Both the position numbers and the translations under genes were made by a program. Below the pieces are notes generated by a model. The model was given only the letters and a program-made list of their open reading frames with translations. It was not told the origin of the DNA and did not search any database. Shown piece by piece: positions 10,041-19,514 of a stretch of DNA of 64,000 nt. Source of the stretch: an uncultured candidate division Zixibacteria bacterium (lineage in GTDB: Bacteria > Zixibacteria > MSB-5A5 > GN15 > FEB-12); the NCBI GenBank assembly GCA_963806185.1, contig CAWDXE010000006.1, positions 160,001 through 224,000 of the forward strand, read 5' to 3'. Every line of letters begins with the position of its first letter. Positions within the stretch are counted from its first letter, which is position 1.

Positions 10041-11755
10041 AACCCGGAAGCCTTTCCCCCGTTGCGATAATCGGATGCGGCCTGCAACAGGCCGTTGGGT
10101 TGATACTGCACGATATGCAAGTCACCCCAGTCATCCTGCTCGGCGACTTCATAGCCCATCGTGATCAGCGCCTGAATAGTGCTGATGTCGAACTTCCCCT
10201 TTTCAAGCGCGAGTCTGTCCGGCAACCACTGGTGGTGGTAGCGGGGAGCGTCCACAGCCTCATTTATGGTCATGCGGAAACGCGAGATGTTGATGATCGC
10301 CTCGGCAACCGTTGTCGTAATACGAGAGCCGCCGGGCGAGCCAAGAGCCATGAACGGCTGACCACCTTTGAGAACCAGGGTGGGCGACATCGAAGACAGC
10401 ATGCGCTTGCCCGGTTCGATTTTGTTCGCCTCCGAGCCTACCAGGCCGTACGCGTTGGGGACGCCCGGCTTGAGGGAGAAGTCATCCATCTCGTTGTTGA
10501 GCAGGAATCCGGCCTCATCAACGATCAGGGCCGAGCCGAACGAGGTATTGAGCGTAAAGGTTATCGCGAGCATGTTTCCGGCCGAATCGCAGACGGAGAA
10601 ATGGGTGGTCTGGGGAGACTCCTCGACGCCAGGGAGCGGGTTGCCGCTGGAAACGGCACTTGATGGTGTGGCGTGCCCGGGATTGATCAATGTGCGGCGC
10701 CGGCTCAAATAAACATCACTCAACAGTCCATCGGGTTGCTTATAGAAAGCGGGGTCGCCCAGGTGTTGGGCGCGGTCGGCGTAAGCAAGTCGAGCGGCCT
10801 CGGCAAACAAGTGGATGTACTCGGGTGATTTTGCCGTATAGCGGGAGAAGCTGAATGGCTGGAGCAATTTGAGAATCTGTCCGACGACGACGCCGGCTGA
10901 GCTCGGCGGAGCCATAGTGTAGATATCGAGCGAATCGAAAGTGAAATGAGCCGGTTCGCGCCAGAGCGGACGATATGCGGCCAGATCATCTTTGGTGATG
11001 CGCCCGCCATATTTCTTCATGCAGGAGTCGATCTTGTCGGCAATCAGTCCGCGATAGAAGGCATCCGGCCCTTCATCCGCGATCATCCGCAATGATACGC
11101 CCAGGTCCTGTTGAATCAGCGTGTCGCCGGCCGCTAGCGGCTTATTACCGGGGAGAAAGAGTTTGGCTGATTCCGGGAATTTTTGGAAGTCGGAAGTTCG
11201 TTTTTCGACGGCGGAGGCAAGGTGTGATCCTACGACGAATCCGGAGTCGGCGTAACGAATCGCATACCTGAGCAACTGTTCCCAGGGAAGACTGCCGTAC
11301 CGCTGCCACAGTTCATGCAGACCGGCCACGCTACCGGGGACTCCGGCGGCCAGGGCGCCGGTGATGGAGGCGTCTTTGACGACATTGCCGGAAGAGTCGA
11401 GATACATTTCGGCAGTCGCCGCCGCGGGCGCTGTCTCGCGGAAATCGAGTGATTCGATCTTGCCTGACCGGGCGTTGCGGATGAGGGCGAAGCCGCCGCC
11501 GCCGATATTGCCGGCTTGCGGGTAGACTACGGCAAGGGTGAAGGCGACAGCGACGCCAGCGTCAATGGCATTGCCGCCCTGTCTGAAAACGTCAAGCCCG
11601 ACCTGCGTGGCGAGTGGCGAGACGGAGGCAATGGCGCATTTCTCGTATGACTGGTCGATTTCAAAGCCGGTACAGCCGGTGAGGCTGAACACCAGTGCGA
11701 AAAAAACAACCCGCCGGAGGACTGACCGGCGGGCGAAATCAAGGCAACATGACAT
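10037..11755 (-). CDS. ggt: Gamma-glutamyltransferase
   Basis: Motifs GGNAIDA, GNIGGGGF, DFRETAP, TTHFSV (Thr nucleophile), LLNNEMDDF, SSMSPT and GSPGGSRI. Confidence 0.93.
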   Translation of the reverse strand: MSCCLDFARRSVLRRVVFFALVFSLTGCTGFEIDQSYEKCAIASVSPLATQVGLDVFRQGGNAIDAGVAVAFTLAVVYPQAGNIGGGGFALIRNARSGKIESLDFRETAPAAATAEMYLDSSGNVVKDASITGALAAGVPGSVAGLHELWQRYGSLPWEQLLRYAIRYADSGFVVGSHLASAVEKRTSDFQKFPESAKLFLPGNKPLAAGDTLIQQDLGVSLRMIADEGPDAFYRGLIADKIDSCMKKYGGRITKDDLAAYRPLWREPAHFTFDSLDIYTMAPPSSAGVVVGQILKLLQPFSFSRYTAKSPEYIHLFAEAARLAYADRAQHLGDPAFYKQPDGLLSDVYLSRRRTLINPGHATPSSAVSSGNPLPGVEESPQTTHFSVCDSAGNMLAITFTLNTSFGSALIVDEAGFLLNNEMDDFSLKPGVPNAYGLVGSEANKIEPGKRMLSSMSPTLVLKGGQPFMALGSPGGSRITTTVAEAIINISRFRMTINEAVDAPRYHHQWLPDRLALEKGKFDISTIQALITMGYEVAEQDDWGDLHIVQYQPNGLLQAASDYRNGGKASGF

Positions 11756-11780
11756 ACGAAAACCTTTGCTCCAGGCGGGA

Positions 11781-13964
11781 CTAGGCTCGCTTCTCCACCA
11801 GGAAAATGAGACCATCAGGATACGAGACGGTCACCGGAATGCCGATTTTGAGATCCTTGGCGGTGGTCTTGATCGGTTCGGCACCTTCGCCGGCCATGAT
11901 ATTGGTCAGCTTGAGCTGTGCGGCGTTGAATCCGGGGATCTTGAGATCGGCCTGCACGATAATTTCTTTGGACTTTGCCTCCAGGGCGTCGGACAATTCG
12001 CCGGCCGGCGGTACGACGACAAAGAGAACTCCCTTCTTCTCCCCCATCTGAAAGGCGAGATCGACGGACGGGTCGGAGCACTGCAGATACGACGTGAAGT
12101 TCTCACCGTGCAGAGTGGTTTCAATAAAGCCGAGTTTGTGGTGATTGCCGCCGGAAGCGACGTCAAAGGTGAACAGATATACCGTGCCTTTGAACCGGCT
12201 GCAGCAAACGCCGACGACTTTGCCGTCCTCTTTGACGAGTTTCTTCGACTTGGCATCATCGACCGATTTCACGGAGCCGTAGATGTAGGTCGTGAAGGTT
12301 CCGGCCTTGTGTTCGACCTGGCCGATATGATAGTCCGCTCCCGTCTTGATGCGGAAATGGTTGGACAGAACGGTGCATGGGCGGAGTTCGTCATCGTAGC
12401 GAGGCATGAGGCCGCACATGACGAGCGTCACACCGGCCTTGGCCAGTTCTACCAGCGCCTCCTGATCGCGTTCAGCCATGATCTCCGTGACCGGCACGAA
12501 GAGCAGCTTGTATTTCTTCAACGATTCATAGTCGCGGTTTTCCCGAATACCGTACGGTAGTTTGAGGCGAGTCAGATCGCGACAGAAACCGGTGGTGGTA
12601 TCGTCGAGCAGTCGCTTGAGGAATTCGAATTCCTTGATGCCGTCGGTCATTTTCATCCACTGATAGAGGCGGAAATTGAGCACGGCGATCTGCGGATCGG
12701 CGGTCATGTCGTCGAAGCCGATGGTGGAAATCGTCGAGGTGAAGTTTTTCACAACTTCGAAGCCGTCCGAGACGGTTCCGTCGGCGTGCAGGGGGGCGCC
12801 GTACCAGTGATCGCGATCGACAAACATGTAATGATTCAGCCCTTTGAAACCGGCCGACATGGCGGCGGCAAAGTAGAAACGGCGCTGGTTGTCGGTGACC
12901 GGCGAGAGTTTTTCCTCGCGCTCGGCCGAGACGGCGGCGCGACCGGATGAGAATGAGGCGGCGAAAGCAAAGCCGTATTCTTCCTTCAGAAAGCGGGCCT
13001 TGTTGGCCAGATCGAAATAGCCACCCTCGGGGAAAACGTTGGCGCCGAGAAACGGCGCGCGATCCTCAGGTACCAGATTAAACGCGGGCAGCAGTTCACC
13101 GGAGCGGAAATAAAGCGACCGGAAAAAGAGCGGCTCGACCGTATAGGCGGTGAAAATATCCTCGAGCGATTGCAGGTAAAGATTGAGCATGTACTCGCGG
13201 AACTTGCACCAGTCGACGATTTTGGCGTAGTCATCGAGAGAAATCGAGGTGAACTTTCTCGGCGGCTCGACGGTCTCAAAGGCGGCGTGCTTTTCTTTGT
13301 ATTTCGCATTCAGCTTCTTGATCTCGGTATACTGGGTATCGAGCCACGACGGCCAGTATTTGGCGAGGACGTCGGGATTGTAATCGGCGCGATCGGGTGC
13401 GACCTGGCGGGCAAAGGAAGTTTCATAATCGAGCTCCACCATAAACACCGGCCCGCGCGGGTGGACGTAGTTCTTGGTCGTTTCAATGAAGGCACGGAAA
13501 TAATTCTTCAGGTGAAACTGGAAATTCGAGTGCAGATAGCTCGGCAAATAGCCGCCCTCGACGCCGTGGTCGGCGGGCAATTTGACTTCCTGGCCGCTGG
13601 CATCCCGGGCGAAAATCTTGATGTCGTTGAATAGTTGCTTGGGCAAGCCGCCGTTGGGGAGTTGTCCGCCCACCCAGGGGCCGGGACGGAGTATGACCTT
13701 GAATCCGAATTCGCGGGCCAGTTCAAGAAAGACGATCAGATCCTTGCGCGGGTCATCAAAGCCGTTGAAATCGATATCTTTGGAAGCAACCTGATGGATG
13801 TTCCATGGCACAGCCGTGGCAATGATGCGAAAGCCGGCCCGTTTGATACGATCAAAGCAAATCGACCAGTATCTTTTTTCGATGCGGAAGTAATGCATTT
13901 CTGCGGCATAGGGCTGGTACGTTTCTTTGCCGATGGAGAATTTATTACCGATGACACCGAGCAT
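11781..13964 (-). CDS. GH35/GH42-like beta-galactosidase family protein
   Basis: Motifs EMHYFR, VPWNIH, ILRPGPWV and NHYMFVDRDHW; C-terminal trimerisation-like domain. Confidence 0.7.
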   Translation of the reverse strand: MLGVIGNKFSIGKETYQPYAAEMHYFRIEKRYWSICFDRIKRAGFRIIATAVPWNIHQVASKDIDFNGFDDPRKDLIVFLELAREFGFKVILRPGPWVGGQLPNGGLPKQLFNDIKIFARDASGQEVKLPADHGVEGGYLPSYLHSNFQFHLKNYFRAFIETTKNYVHPRGPVFMVELDYETSFARQVAPDRADYNPDVLAKYWPSWLDTQYTEIKKLNAKYKEKHAAFETVEPPRKFTSISLDDYAKIVDWCKFREYMLNLYLQSLEDIFTAYTVEPLFFRSLYFRSGELLPAFNLVPEDRAPFLGANVFPEGGYFDLANKARFLKEEYGFAFAASFSSGRAAVSAEREEKLSPVTDNQRRFYFAAAMSAGFKGLNHYMFVDRDHWYGAPLHADGTVSDGFEVVKNFTSTISTIGFDDMTADPQIAVLNFRLYQWMKMTDGIKEFEFLKRLLDDTTTGFCRDLTRLKLPYGIRENRDYESLKKYKLLFVPVTEIMAERDQEALVELAKAGVTLVMCGLMPRYDDELRPCTVLSNHFRIKTGADYHIGQVEHKAGTFTTYIYGSVKSVDDAKSKKLVKEDGKVVGVCCSRFKGTVYLFTFDVASGGNHHKLGFIETTLHGENFTSYLQCSDPSVDLAFQMGEKKGVLFVVVPPAGELSDALEAKSKEIIVQADLKIPGFNAAQLKLTNIMAGEGAEPIKTTAKDLKIGIPVTVSYPDGLIFLVEKRA

Positions 13965-14020
13965 ATAAGTTCCTGTCGTTCAATAAATTAGGCCAAATCA
14001 CACACATTGATGAGACATTT

Positions 14021-14049
14021 ACAATACCATAATATGATTGGGCTGTCAA
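14021..14049 (-). promoter_or_regulatory. Sigma70-type promoter
   Basis: TTGACA-17 nt-TATTGT upstream of the ATG at 13964. Confidence 0.65.
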
Positions 14050-14120
14050 TAAGATTCGTGTAATTAATTGCGGTGCAATCGATTAACAGTGCGAAATGGT
14101 TGGATTCGATTGTCAATCAC

Positions 14121-14150
14121 AAAAAAAGAACCCGCCGAAAAGCGGGTTCT
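14121..14150 (-). terminator. Rho-independent terminator
   Basis: On + strand AAAAAAAGAACCCGC-CGAAAA-GCGGGTTCT, giving a hairpin plus U-tract after the stop at 14174. Confidence 0.8.
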
Positions 14151-14173
14151 TCCAAATCAACTCGTGCTGACTC

Positions 14174-15118
14174 TTACTTCATCAGAATCATCTTCTTGGT
14201 TTGGACGAAGCTCCCGGCTTCGAGCTTATAGAAGTAGACGCCCGACGCGAGAGCGGAGGCATTCCAGTCGGCCGAATAACGGCCGGCGGCCTTTTCCTCG
14301 TTCACCAAGGTGGCGACTTCCTGTCCGAGCAAGTTGTAGATCTTCAGAGAGACCTCCGACTTTACCGGGAGTTCGAAGTTAATCTGGGTCGCCGGGTTGA
14401 ACGGGTTAGGGTAGTTCTGCATCAGGGCGAACTCTTTGGGGAGACCGTCACCGGGAATAACGTTCACTCCCGTGCCTACCGGGCCAATGACAAAGCAGGC
14501 TCTGCCGGACCAGAGAGGCGTGGAGAAGTCGCCGGTATTGCCGCCGTAGAGCATGGACCATTTCCAAACGTTGGTCGGTGGGAATTTCATCGACGAATCG
14601 AGGCAAATCGTTTTGCCGATATCGGCGACTTTGGGTCGGATGCGGATCACGAAATGCCGCACGTCAGTCTGCGCGGGCAGGCCGAGTCCGATATCATTGC
14701 CGGCGCCGGAAAACGAGATTGTATCCGGCGAAATACCATCGGCGCGTACCGGAGAACCTGTTGGGGTGGAGAAAGTACGCAGTTGATAGACGGTCGGAAA
14801 GAGCGCCTTGGAGAGCAGACCGGTGGTGTCCATGCCGATTGGGCCGAGGTTGGAGCCGCGAAAGTTTCCGGGGCAGGAGTCGGTCCAGGTGGCGCCGTCG
14901 GGTGACGACAGGATGAACGCATTGGTAACGTTAAAGCCGGAATCAGACAGGTTGGTGTACCGGATATAGAATTTCACGGTATCGCCGGCTTTAATGGTAT
15001 CAGCAGTCGGTGAGCCCAGCCGATTGCCGACGCTATCGAGCGAAATTTGTGTGAGTGCGTAGGCTTGTCCGCACGACAGCGCAAGAAGTATGGTGAGAAA
15101 GACGATCAATCGCTTCAT
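14174..15118 (-). CDS. Secreted protein with a single ~190-aa domain and a T9SS-type C-terminal sorting domain
   Basis: Signal peptide and CTD QNYPNPFNP...LASGVYFYKL...KKMILMK. The domain is paralogous to the N-terminus of 34464-37109. Confidence 0.85.
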   Translation of the reverse strand: MKRLIVFLTILLALSCGQAYALTQISLDSVGNRLGSPTADTIKAGDTVKFYIRYTNLSDSGFNVTNAFILSSPDGATWTDSCPGNFRGSNLGPIGMDTTGLLSKALFPTVYQLRTFSTPTGSPVRADGISPDTISFSGAGNDIGLGLPAQTDVRHFVIRIRPKVADIGKTICLDSSMKFPPTNVWKWSMLYGGNTGDFSTPLWSGRACFVIGPVGTGVNVIPGDGLPKEFALMQNYPNPFNPATQINFELPVKSEVSLKIYNLLGQEVATLVNEEKAAGRYSADWNASALASGVYFYKLEAGSFVQTKKMILMK

Positions 15119-15320
15119 TGGTATCTCCTAACAACTCAAGTAGTCACGTGATGTCAACAACCCTCATCACAATCCGCCGTGAGAATGGACTCTCGGAGCC
15201 CATCCTGGCGTCAACTGATCGAGCGATCAGTCCAGGAATAAACGTGATCAATTTACTGCCTTACAGACACCTCCCTGGTTTGGCCACACGGATGGCATGT
15301 TACGTCATGGTATTAACTTG

Positions 15321-15349
15321 AACATACTCCCTGACAAAATGCCAGTCAA
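15321..15349 (-). promoter_or_regulatory. Sigma70-type promoter
   Basis: TTGACT-17 nt-TATGTT. Confidence 0.55.
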
Positions 15350-15465
15350 TAAAAAAAAGGACTCGAAATCGGTCGACCGGTGACCCATGAGGCTCGGTGC
15401 AGTGCGACCGAGAAGGGTATGTGGATTATACACTTGAGTCGGGCCGGCGGAGTCAAAAACAGGAC

Positions 15466-15497
15466 AAAAAAACGGCCACTCCCGAGGGAGTGGCCGT
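15466..15497 (-). terminator. Rho-independent terminator
   Basis: On + strand AAAAAAACGGCCACTCCC-GA-GGGAGTGGCCGT. Confidence 0.8.
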
Positions 15498-15531
15498 CGC
15501 TTGCCCTACGGCAAACCAATCGAGCAGTTCA

Positions 15532-18500
15532 CTAGAGGTTCTGGCACGCCGGAAGCGGTGCGAACGTAATGAACAGGTTGTTGATCAGAGCCGTCAAGTC
15601 ACCTACGTCGACGCTGTTCAACGGATCGCCATCACAGTTGGCTTCCGCCGGGCAGTCAATCGCTTCAAAGGTGATAAACAGGTTGTTGATCAACTTGGTC
15701 AAGTCACCGACGTCAACGCCGTCAGTGATGTCACCATCAATATTACCCACGGTGGCAATACAGCAACCGGCGACCACGCAATTGTCGGTGAGGCCGCGCA
15801 GCTTACACAGATACCAATTCTTCGCGGCATCGAAGTTGGCCTCGAGATCAGTAAGCGTGCCCTGCTTCACGGAGAAGTAGCCGGTATAGACAACCAGCGT
15901 GTCGCTGGTGATCGTGGTGTTGCTCAGAACCGAAAGGACCATGTTATGGTCATCGGTGAAGCCCGTCGCGGCCAAGCCGGAGACGGTGTCACGATTCCAG
16001 TAATAGGCGCCTTCGTTGTCCTGCGACATGGTGTCATATTTGAACACCGAGTCGTTCAACTGAGCGTACATACCGTGCGGTACGTCGTGGTTGATCGTGC
16101 TGTCGGCCACGTCTTCGCTGCGTTTGAAGTAACCCATGAGCGCATGGGCGCCATAGCGCAGTGAATCCGGGCAGGTAAGCGTGGTGTCGGTGCCGCGCTG
16201 ATAGGTGAAGCCCTTCAGCGAGACGCCGGTCTTGTTGTCAGAACCACCGATACCCGGGACGTCCCAGTCGGCATGTTCGGCAATCGTCACACCGGAGACG
16301 GAACCGGCTTTCGGCCAGTACTTGGTCTCGGCAACGACGAAGTTGCAGTTACCGCTCAACGGGGCGTAATAGGTACGGCTCAGGACGATCGTGGTGTCAC
16401 GGTTGACCATCTTGCCCGTGTAGAACCAGTTGTAGTCGACTGTGCTGCCGGAGGCAGGGGTCGCACCATCAATGTTCTTAAAGGCCTGGTCGGTCGTGAA
16501 GTCACCCTGGAACAGGGCGGACGTGAAGACGTACGTGGAGGCACCGGTCTTCTTGATGACCTGCGGGCCGCCGCTATACAGGTACACGTCGTTGGCCGTC
16601 GTGTTCTCGCAGTCGCCGGCGAGGCCGACGAAGTCGAGGTTTACGCCACCGGCGCCGAGATTACCCATGTCACCGTTGGAAGAAACAACCAGGCGGGTGC
16701 AGGTCGTGGCGACCGTATCCCATACCAGGCCGACAACCGTATCGGCGACGAGGTAATTGACGATCGGAATGACCTTGACAGAGTCAAGCGTCGGCACGTT
16801 CGAGTGCAGAGTCACAGAGCCGTTGAGCGCCCAAACGTTACCGGTAGTGAAGAACGGCGTGGCAATGATATTGATGTTAAAGGAACCGAAAGAGGCTGCC
16901 GGTACGATCAGGGAAGGCGCGGACAGGGTGAGCCAATTTTCGGTAGCGTAGCTGGTCTTCGCAGCGACGATCGAGGCGACGTTGAGGACATCGTTACCCT
17001 GGTTGGTCACCGTAATCGTGTGAACGTTGGTGGCACCGTGGTTCACGAACATCGGATAGCCAAGCAAGGTCGGCGATATCTTGATACGCGGAGCCGAAAC
17101 CGGCGCGACGCACGCCAGGCGAGCATAGCGCAGCGGGTTCAGCGTCGGGACGAACGTCAACGACGCGTCCTGCAAATTGTACTGACCCGGATAGTGATCT
17201 TCCACATAGAACAGGTGGAGGGTCGAGTCGTTGGTAATGGTACCACCCAAAGTGAGCGGCGCTTCCGGCCAGGTCATGGCCACGCCGTACTGTGAGGAGT
17301 CCATACCATTGCGCGATACCGCCATCTTGACGTCGTTCATACAAACGCCGCCGCCGGTGGCCGAGTCGCAGTCCGGGGTATAGGTATTGGTGATGTTACG
17401 CGGGGCATCCCACAGGGCGCCGGCGAGGTCATTGGACACCGACATATAGACGTCGGCGTTCGCATAGAACCGCCAGTCGTTCGGAGCGCCACCCGAGGTG
17501 CAGTCGTCAGGCACAACCAGAGGGTTGTTCAGGTCGTTGGCCATTGACCAGAATACGTACAGCTTACCGGCGCATTCGGAGACCGACATGTAACCGGTAG
17601 TCAGGGCGTTGTAGCCGATCCAGCCGCACAGGTCGCCCGGAAGCAGGCTCTGATCCCACGTGGCATCATAAATCAAGCTGACAACGTTGGTCGACTTGGA
17701 CCAGTGGTACATGTTGGAACCGCGATAGAGCGAGTTCCAGGAGAAGCCGGTGGTATACGGATTGGCATCGACGTTGGCCGCATTGAAGGCCGCGTGCAAA
17801 ACGCCGTTGTGATCGTAGACTGCCTGGGCCTCAACCCACGGAGAGTACGACGCCACCGAGCGATCGGACGAAGTGATCTGAGTCCGAGGACCCCAGTTCA
17901 AGCCGCCGTCGGTCGATTCGCGATAGAACAGAGCTTCGTCGTTTTCTTCACCGTGCAGATAGCCGCCGTCAGTCGTGCGGGTATACACAACCGCGATGTT
18001 GCTGTTCACGCGTGAAGCAGCCAGGTTGATCTGGTTAAAAACGGTATCCAGAAGTTTCGGACCAACCCAGGTACCGGCGGCCGTCTGGCCGAGCTTGCGG
18101 TAATACAGCATCGGGAAGTCAGACAGGTTGCTCGGATTGCCGGTCGTGCGGGCAAGAAGAGCGTTCCAGCGAGCCGCAACGTGCAGCACGGTGTCGGTAC
18201 CGATGATCTGTGTTTCAACAATCGGGACAACCAATTCCGGAGCGGTGTCACCAGGATTAGCACGCCAGGTGCTGTAGCCGTTGACGCCGAGTTTCGGAAT
18301 CTTCGTTCCCGTGCCCCAGGTGCAGGAATAGGCGGCACCTGAAGCCGGCTGGTAATAGAAGTGGTTGTCGGTCTGAGCCGCCGGGTCGGCACCGGCCAGG
18401 ATGACGCGGCCCTTGGGGGTCACCGCCATCGAGGTGATGATGCCAAAGTCGCCGGCTGCCTGAACTTCGCAACCAACGCCCAGCAGTTTCGGCCAGCTGG

Positions 18501-18933
18501 CGAGCGTGGGGCTATACACGTTATAGCCGGCGCGTTCTTCAGCGGTGGTCGAGTTGGGCTGATCCTGATAAACGAAGTGCATATCCGGAGTGCCCCAGAA
18601 ATCCGCGCGACGGCCGCGGGGTGAACCCTGCCAGTCGTCGTAAGAAGCTTCAACTTCGATACCCGGGCCCGCGGTGGCCGCGTTGTCGCCGGCGGCGCCG
18701 ACGGAGACGCGACGCGAAGCTCTGGCTTCGTTCGGGCCCATCAGGCCGGCAAAACGATCGGTAACATTTTCAGTCGGCCGATCAGCGCGCGGGAAACTGA
18801 GTTGCTGAATCTTCGCTGCCCGTTCGTCCTGAACACGCTGGGTGTCCCAGGAGGCGCGAGCGAACGCGAACGACGTCAGCAGCAGAGCCGCGAGCACCGA
18901 GACGACGAGAATTGTCACAAGGCGCTTAGTCAT
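15532..18933 (-). CDS. Large secreted protein with Asp-box/Ig-like regions and a C-terminal dockerin
   Basis: Signal peptide MTKRLVTIL..., Asp-box ESTDGGLNW and duplicated dockerin motif DGD...VDVGDLTxLINNLFITF. No CTD. Confidence 0.8.
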   Translation of the reverse strand: MTKRLVTILVVSVLAALLLTSFAFARASWDTQRVQDERAAKIQQLSFPRADRPTENVTDRFAGLMGPNEARASRRVSVGAAGDNAATAGPGIEVEASYDDWQGSPRGRRADFWGTPDMHFVYQDQPNSTTAEERAGYNVYSPTLASWPKLLGVGCEVQAAGDFGIITSMAVTPKGRVILAGADPAAQTDNHFYYQPASGAAYSCTWGTGTKIPKLGVNGYSTWRANPGDTAPELVVPIVETQIIGTDTVLHVAARWNALLARTTGNPSNLSDFPMLYYRKLGQTAAGTWVGPKLLDTVFNQINLAASRVNSNIAVVYTRTTDGGYLHGEENDEALFYRESTDGGLNWGPRTQITSSDRSVASYSPWVEAQAVYDHNGVLHAAFNAANVDANPYTTGFSWNSLYRGSNMYHWSKSTNVVSLIYDATWDQSLLPGDLCGWIGYNALTTGYMSVSECAGKLYVFWSMANDLNNPLVVPDDCTSGGAPNDWRFYANADVYMSVSNDLAGALWDAPRNITNTYTPDCDSATGGGVCMNDVKMAVSRNGMDSSQYGVAMTWPEAPLTLGGTITNDSTLHLFYVEDHYPGQYNLQDASLTFVPTLNPLRYARLACVAPVSAPRIKISPTLLGYPMFVNHGATNVHTITVTNQGNDVLNVASIVAAKTSYATENWLTLSAPSLIVPAASFGSFNINIIATPFFTTGNVWALNGSVTLHSNVPTLDSVKVIPIVNYLVADTVVGLVWDTVATTCTRLVVSSNGDMGNLGAGGVNLDFVGLAGDCENTTANDVYLYSGGPQVIKKTGASTYVFTSALFQGDFTTDQAFKNIDGATPASGSTVDYNWFYTGKMVNRDTTIVLSRTYYAPLSGNCNFVVAETKYWPKAGSVSGVTIAEHADWDVPGIGGSDNKTGVSLKGFTYQRGTDTTLTCPDSLRYGAHALMGYFKRSEDVADSTINHDVPHGMYAQLNDSVFKYDTMSQDNEGAYYWNRDTVSGLAATGFTDDHNMVLSVLSNTTITSDTLVVYTGYFSVKQGTLTDLEANFDAAKNWYLCKLRGLTDNCVVAGCCIATVGNIDGDITDGVDVGDLTKLINNLFITFEAIDCPAEANCDGDPLNSVDVGDLTALINNLFITFAPLPACQNL

Positions 18934-19327
18934 TCTTGATTCCCTTTCGATTCGTTGTGTGTTCCCAACAATCGTTAACAATAAAGTTACAGTTTACGAA
19001 AAGCGCAAAACGCAACAGAAACGCATGAGCAGCCATCTCGTCATGACAGCGGCGCATGCCAGTGTTACTCACTTCCTCGGATTCACCTCCCTTCATACCC
19101 GTCGGAATAAACCGAAACCGGGGACCACAGTAATCGTCCGCTGTGTGCTAAACGTTATGAGATGCATTCCAATAAATATGTCATTACGCCACGTTCGGCG
19201 TGTGTGCGACCCGAACCGGTAGGCACCTGACCAGAGCCGGCTATGTCGTGAGGTTTTATCGTTCGGTATGAACTCTTCTGTCCAAAGGCAATCCCTGCAA
19301 TCGGATGCTTACCCTTTCACGTCATAC

Positions 19328-19356
19328 AAATTATTGCGAGACGGCGATGTTGTCAA
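19328..19356 (-). promoter_or_regulatory. Sigma70-type promoter with a ~390-nt leader
   Basis: TTGACA-17 nt-TAATTT. Confidence 0.6.
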
Positions 19357-19458
19357 GGTCTTTTCGCTCGCAGCGAGCAGATTGGCCATTCGACAAAGTC
19401 GTTATCTCGCACAGCATTCGAGACGCAAATCTTGCGACGAGGACGAAGGGGTGTCAAT

Positions 19459-19488
19459 AAAAAAAGCCGCTCAGCAGTGAACGGCTTT
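19459..19488 (-). terminator. Rho-independent terminator
   Basis: On + strand AAAAAAAGCCGCTCA-GCAG-TGAACGGCTTT. Confidence 0.7.
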
Positions 19489-19514
19489 CATACGAAATGA
19501 AGATAGATTTCGAA

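Noticed and set aside
18926..19072. 48-codon GTG uORF after a strong SD, overlapping the start at 18933
   Set aside because: SD spacing is long (~13 nt), there is no motif and no supporting paralog.
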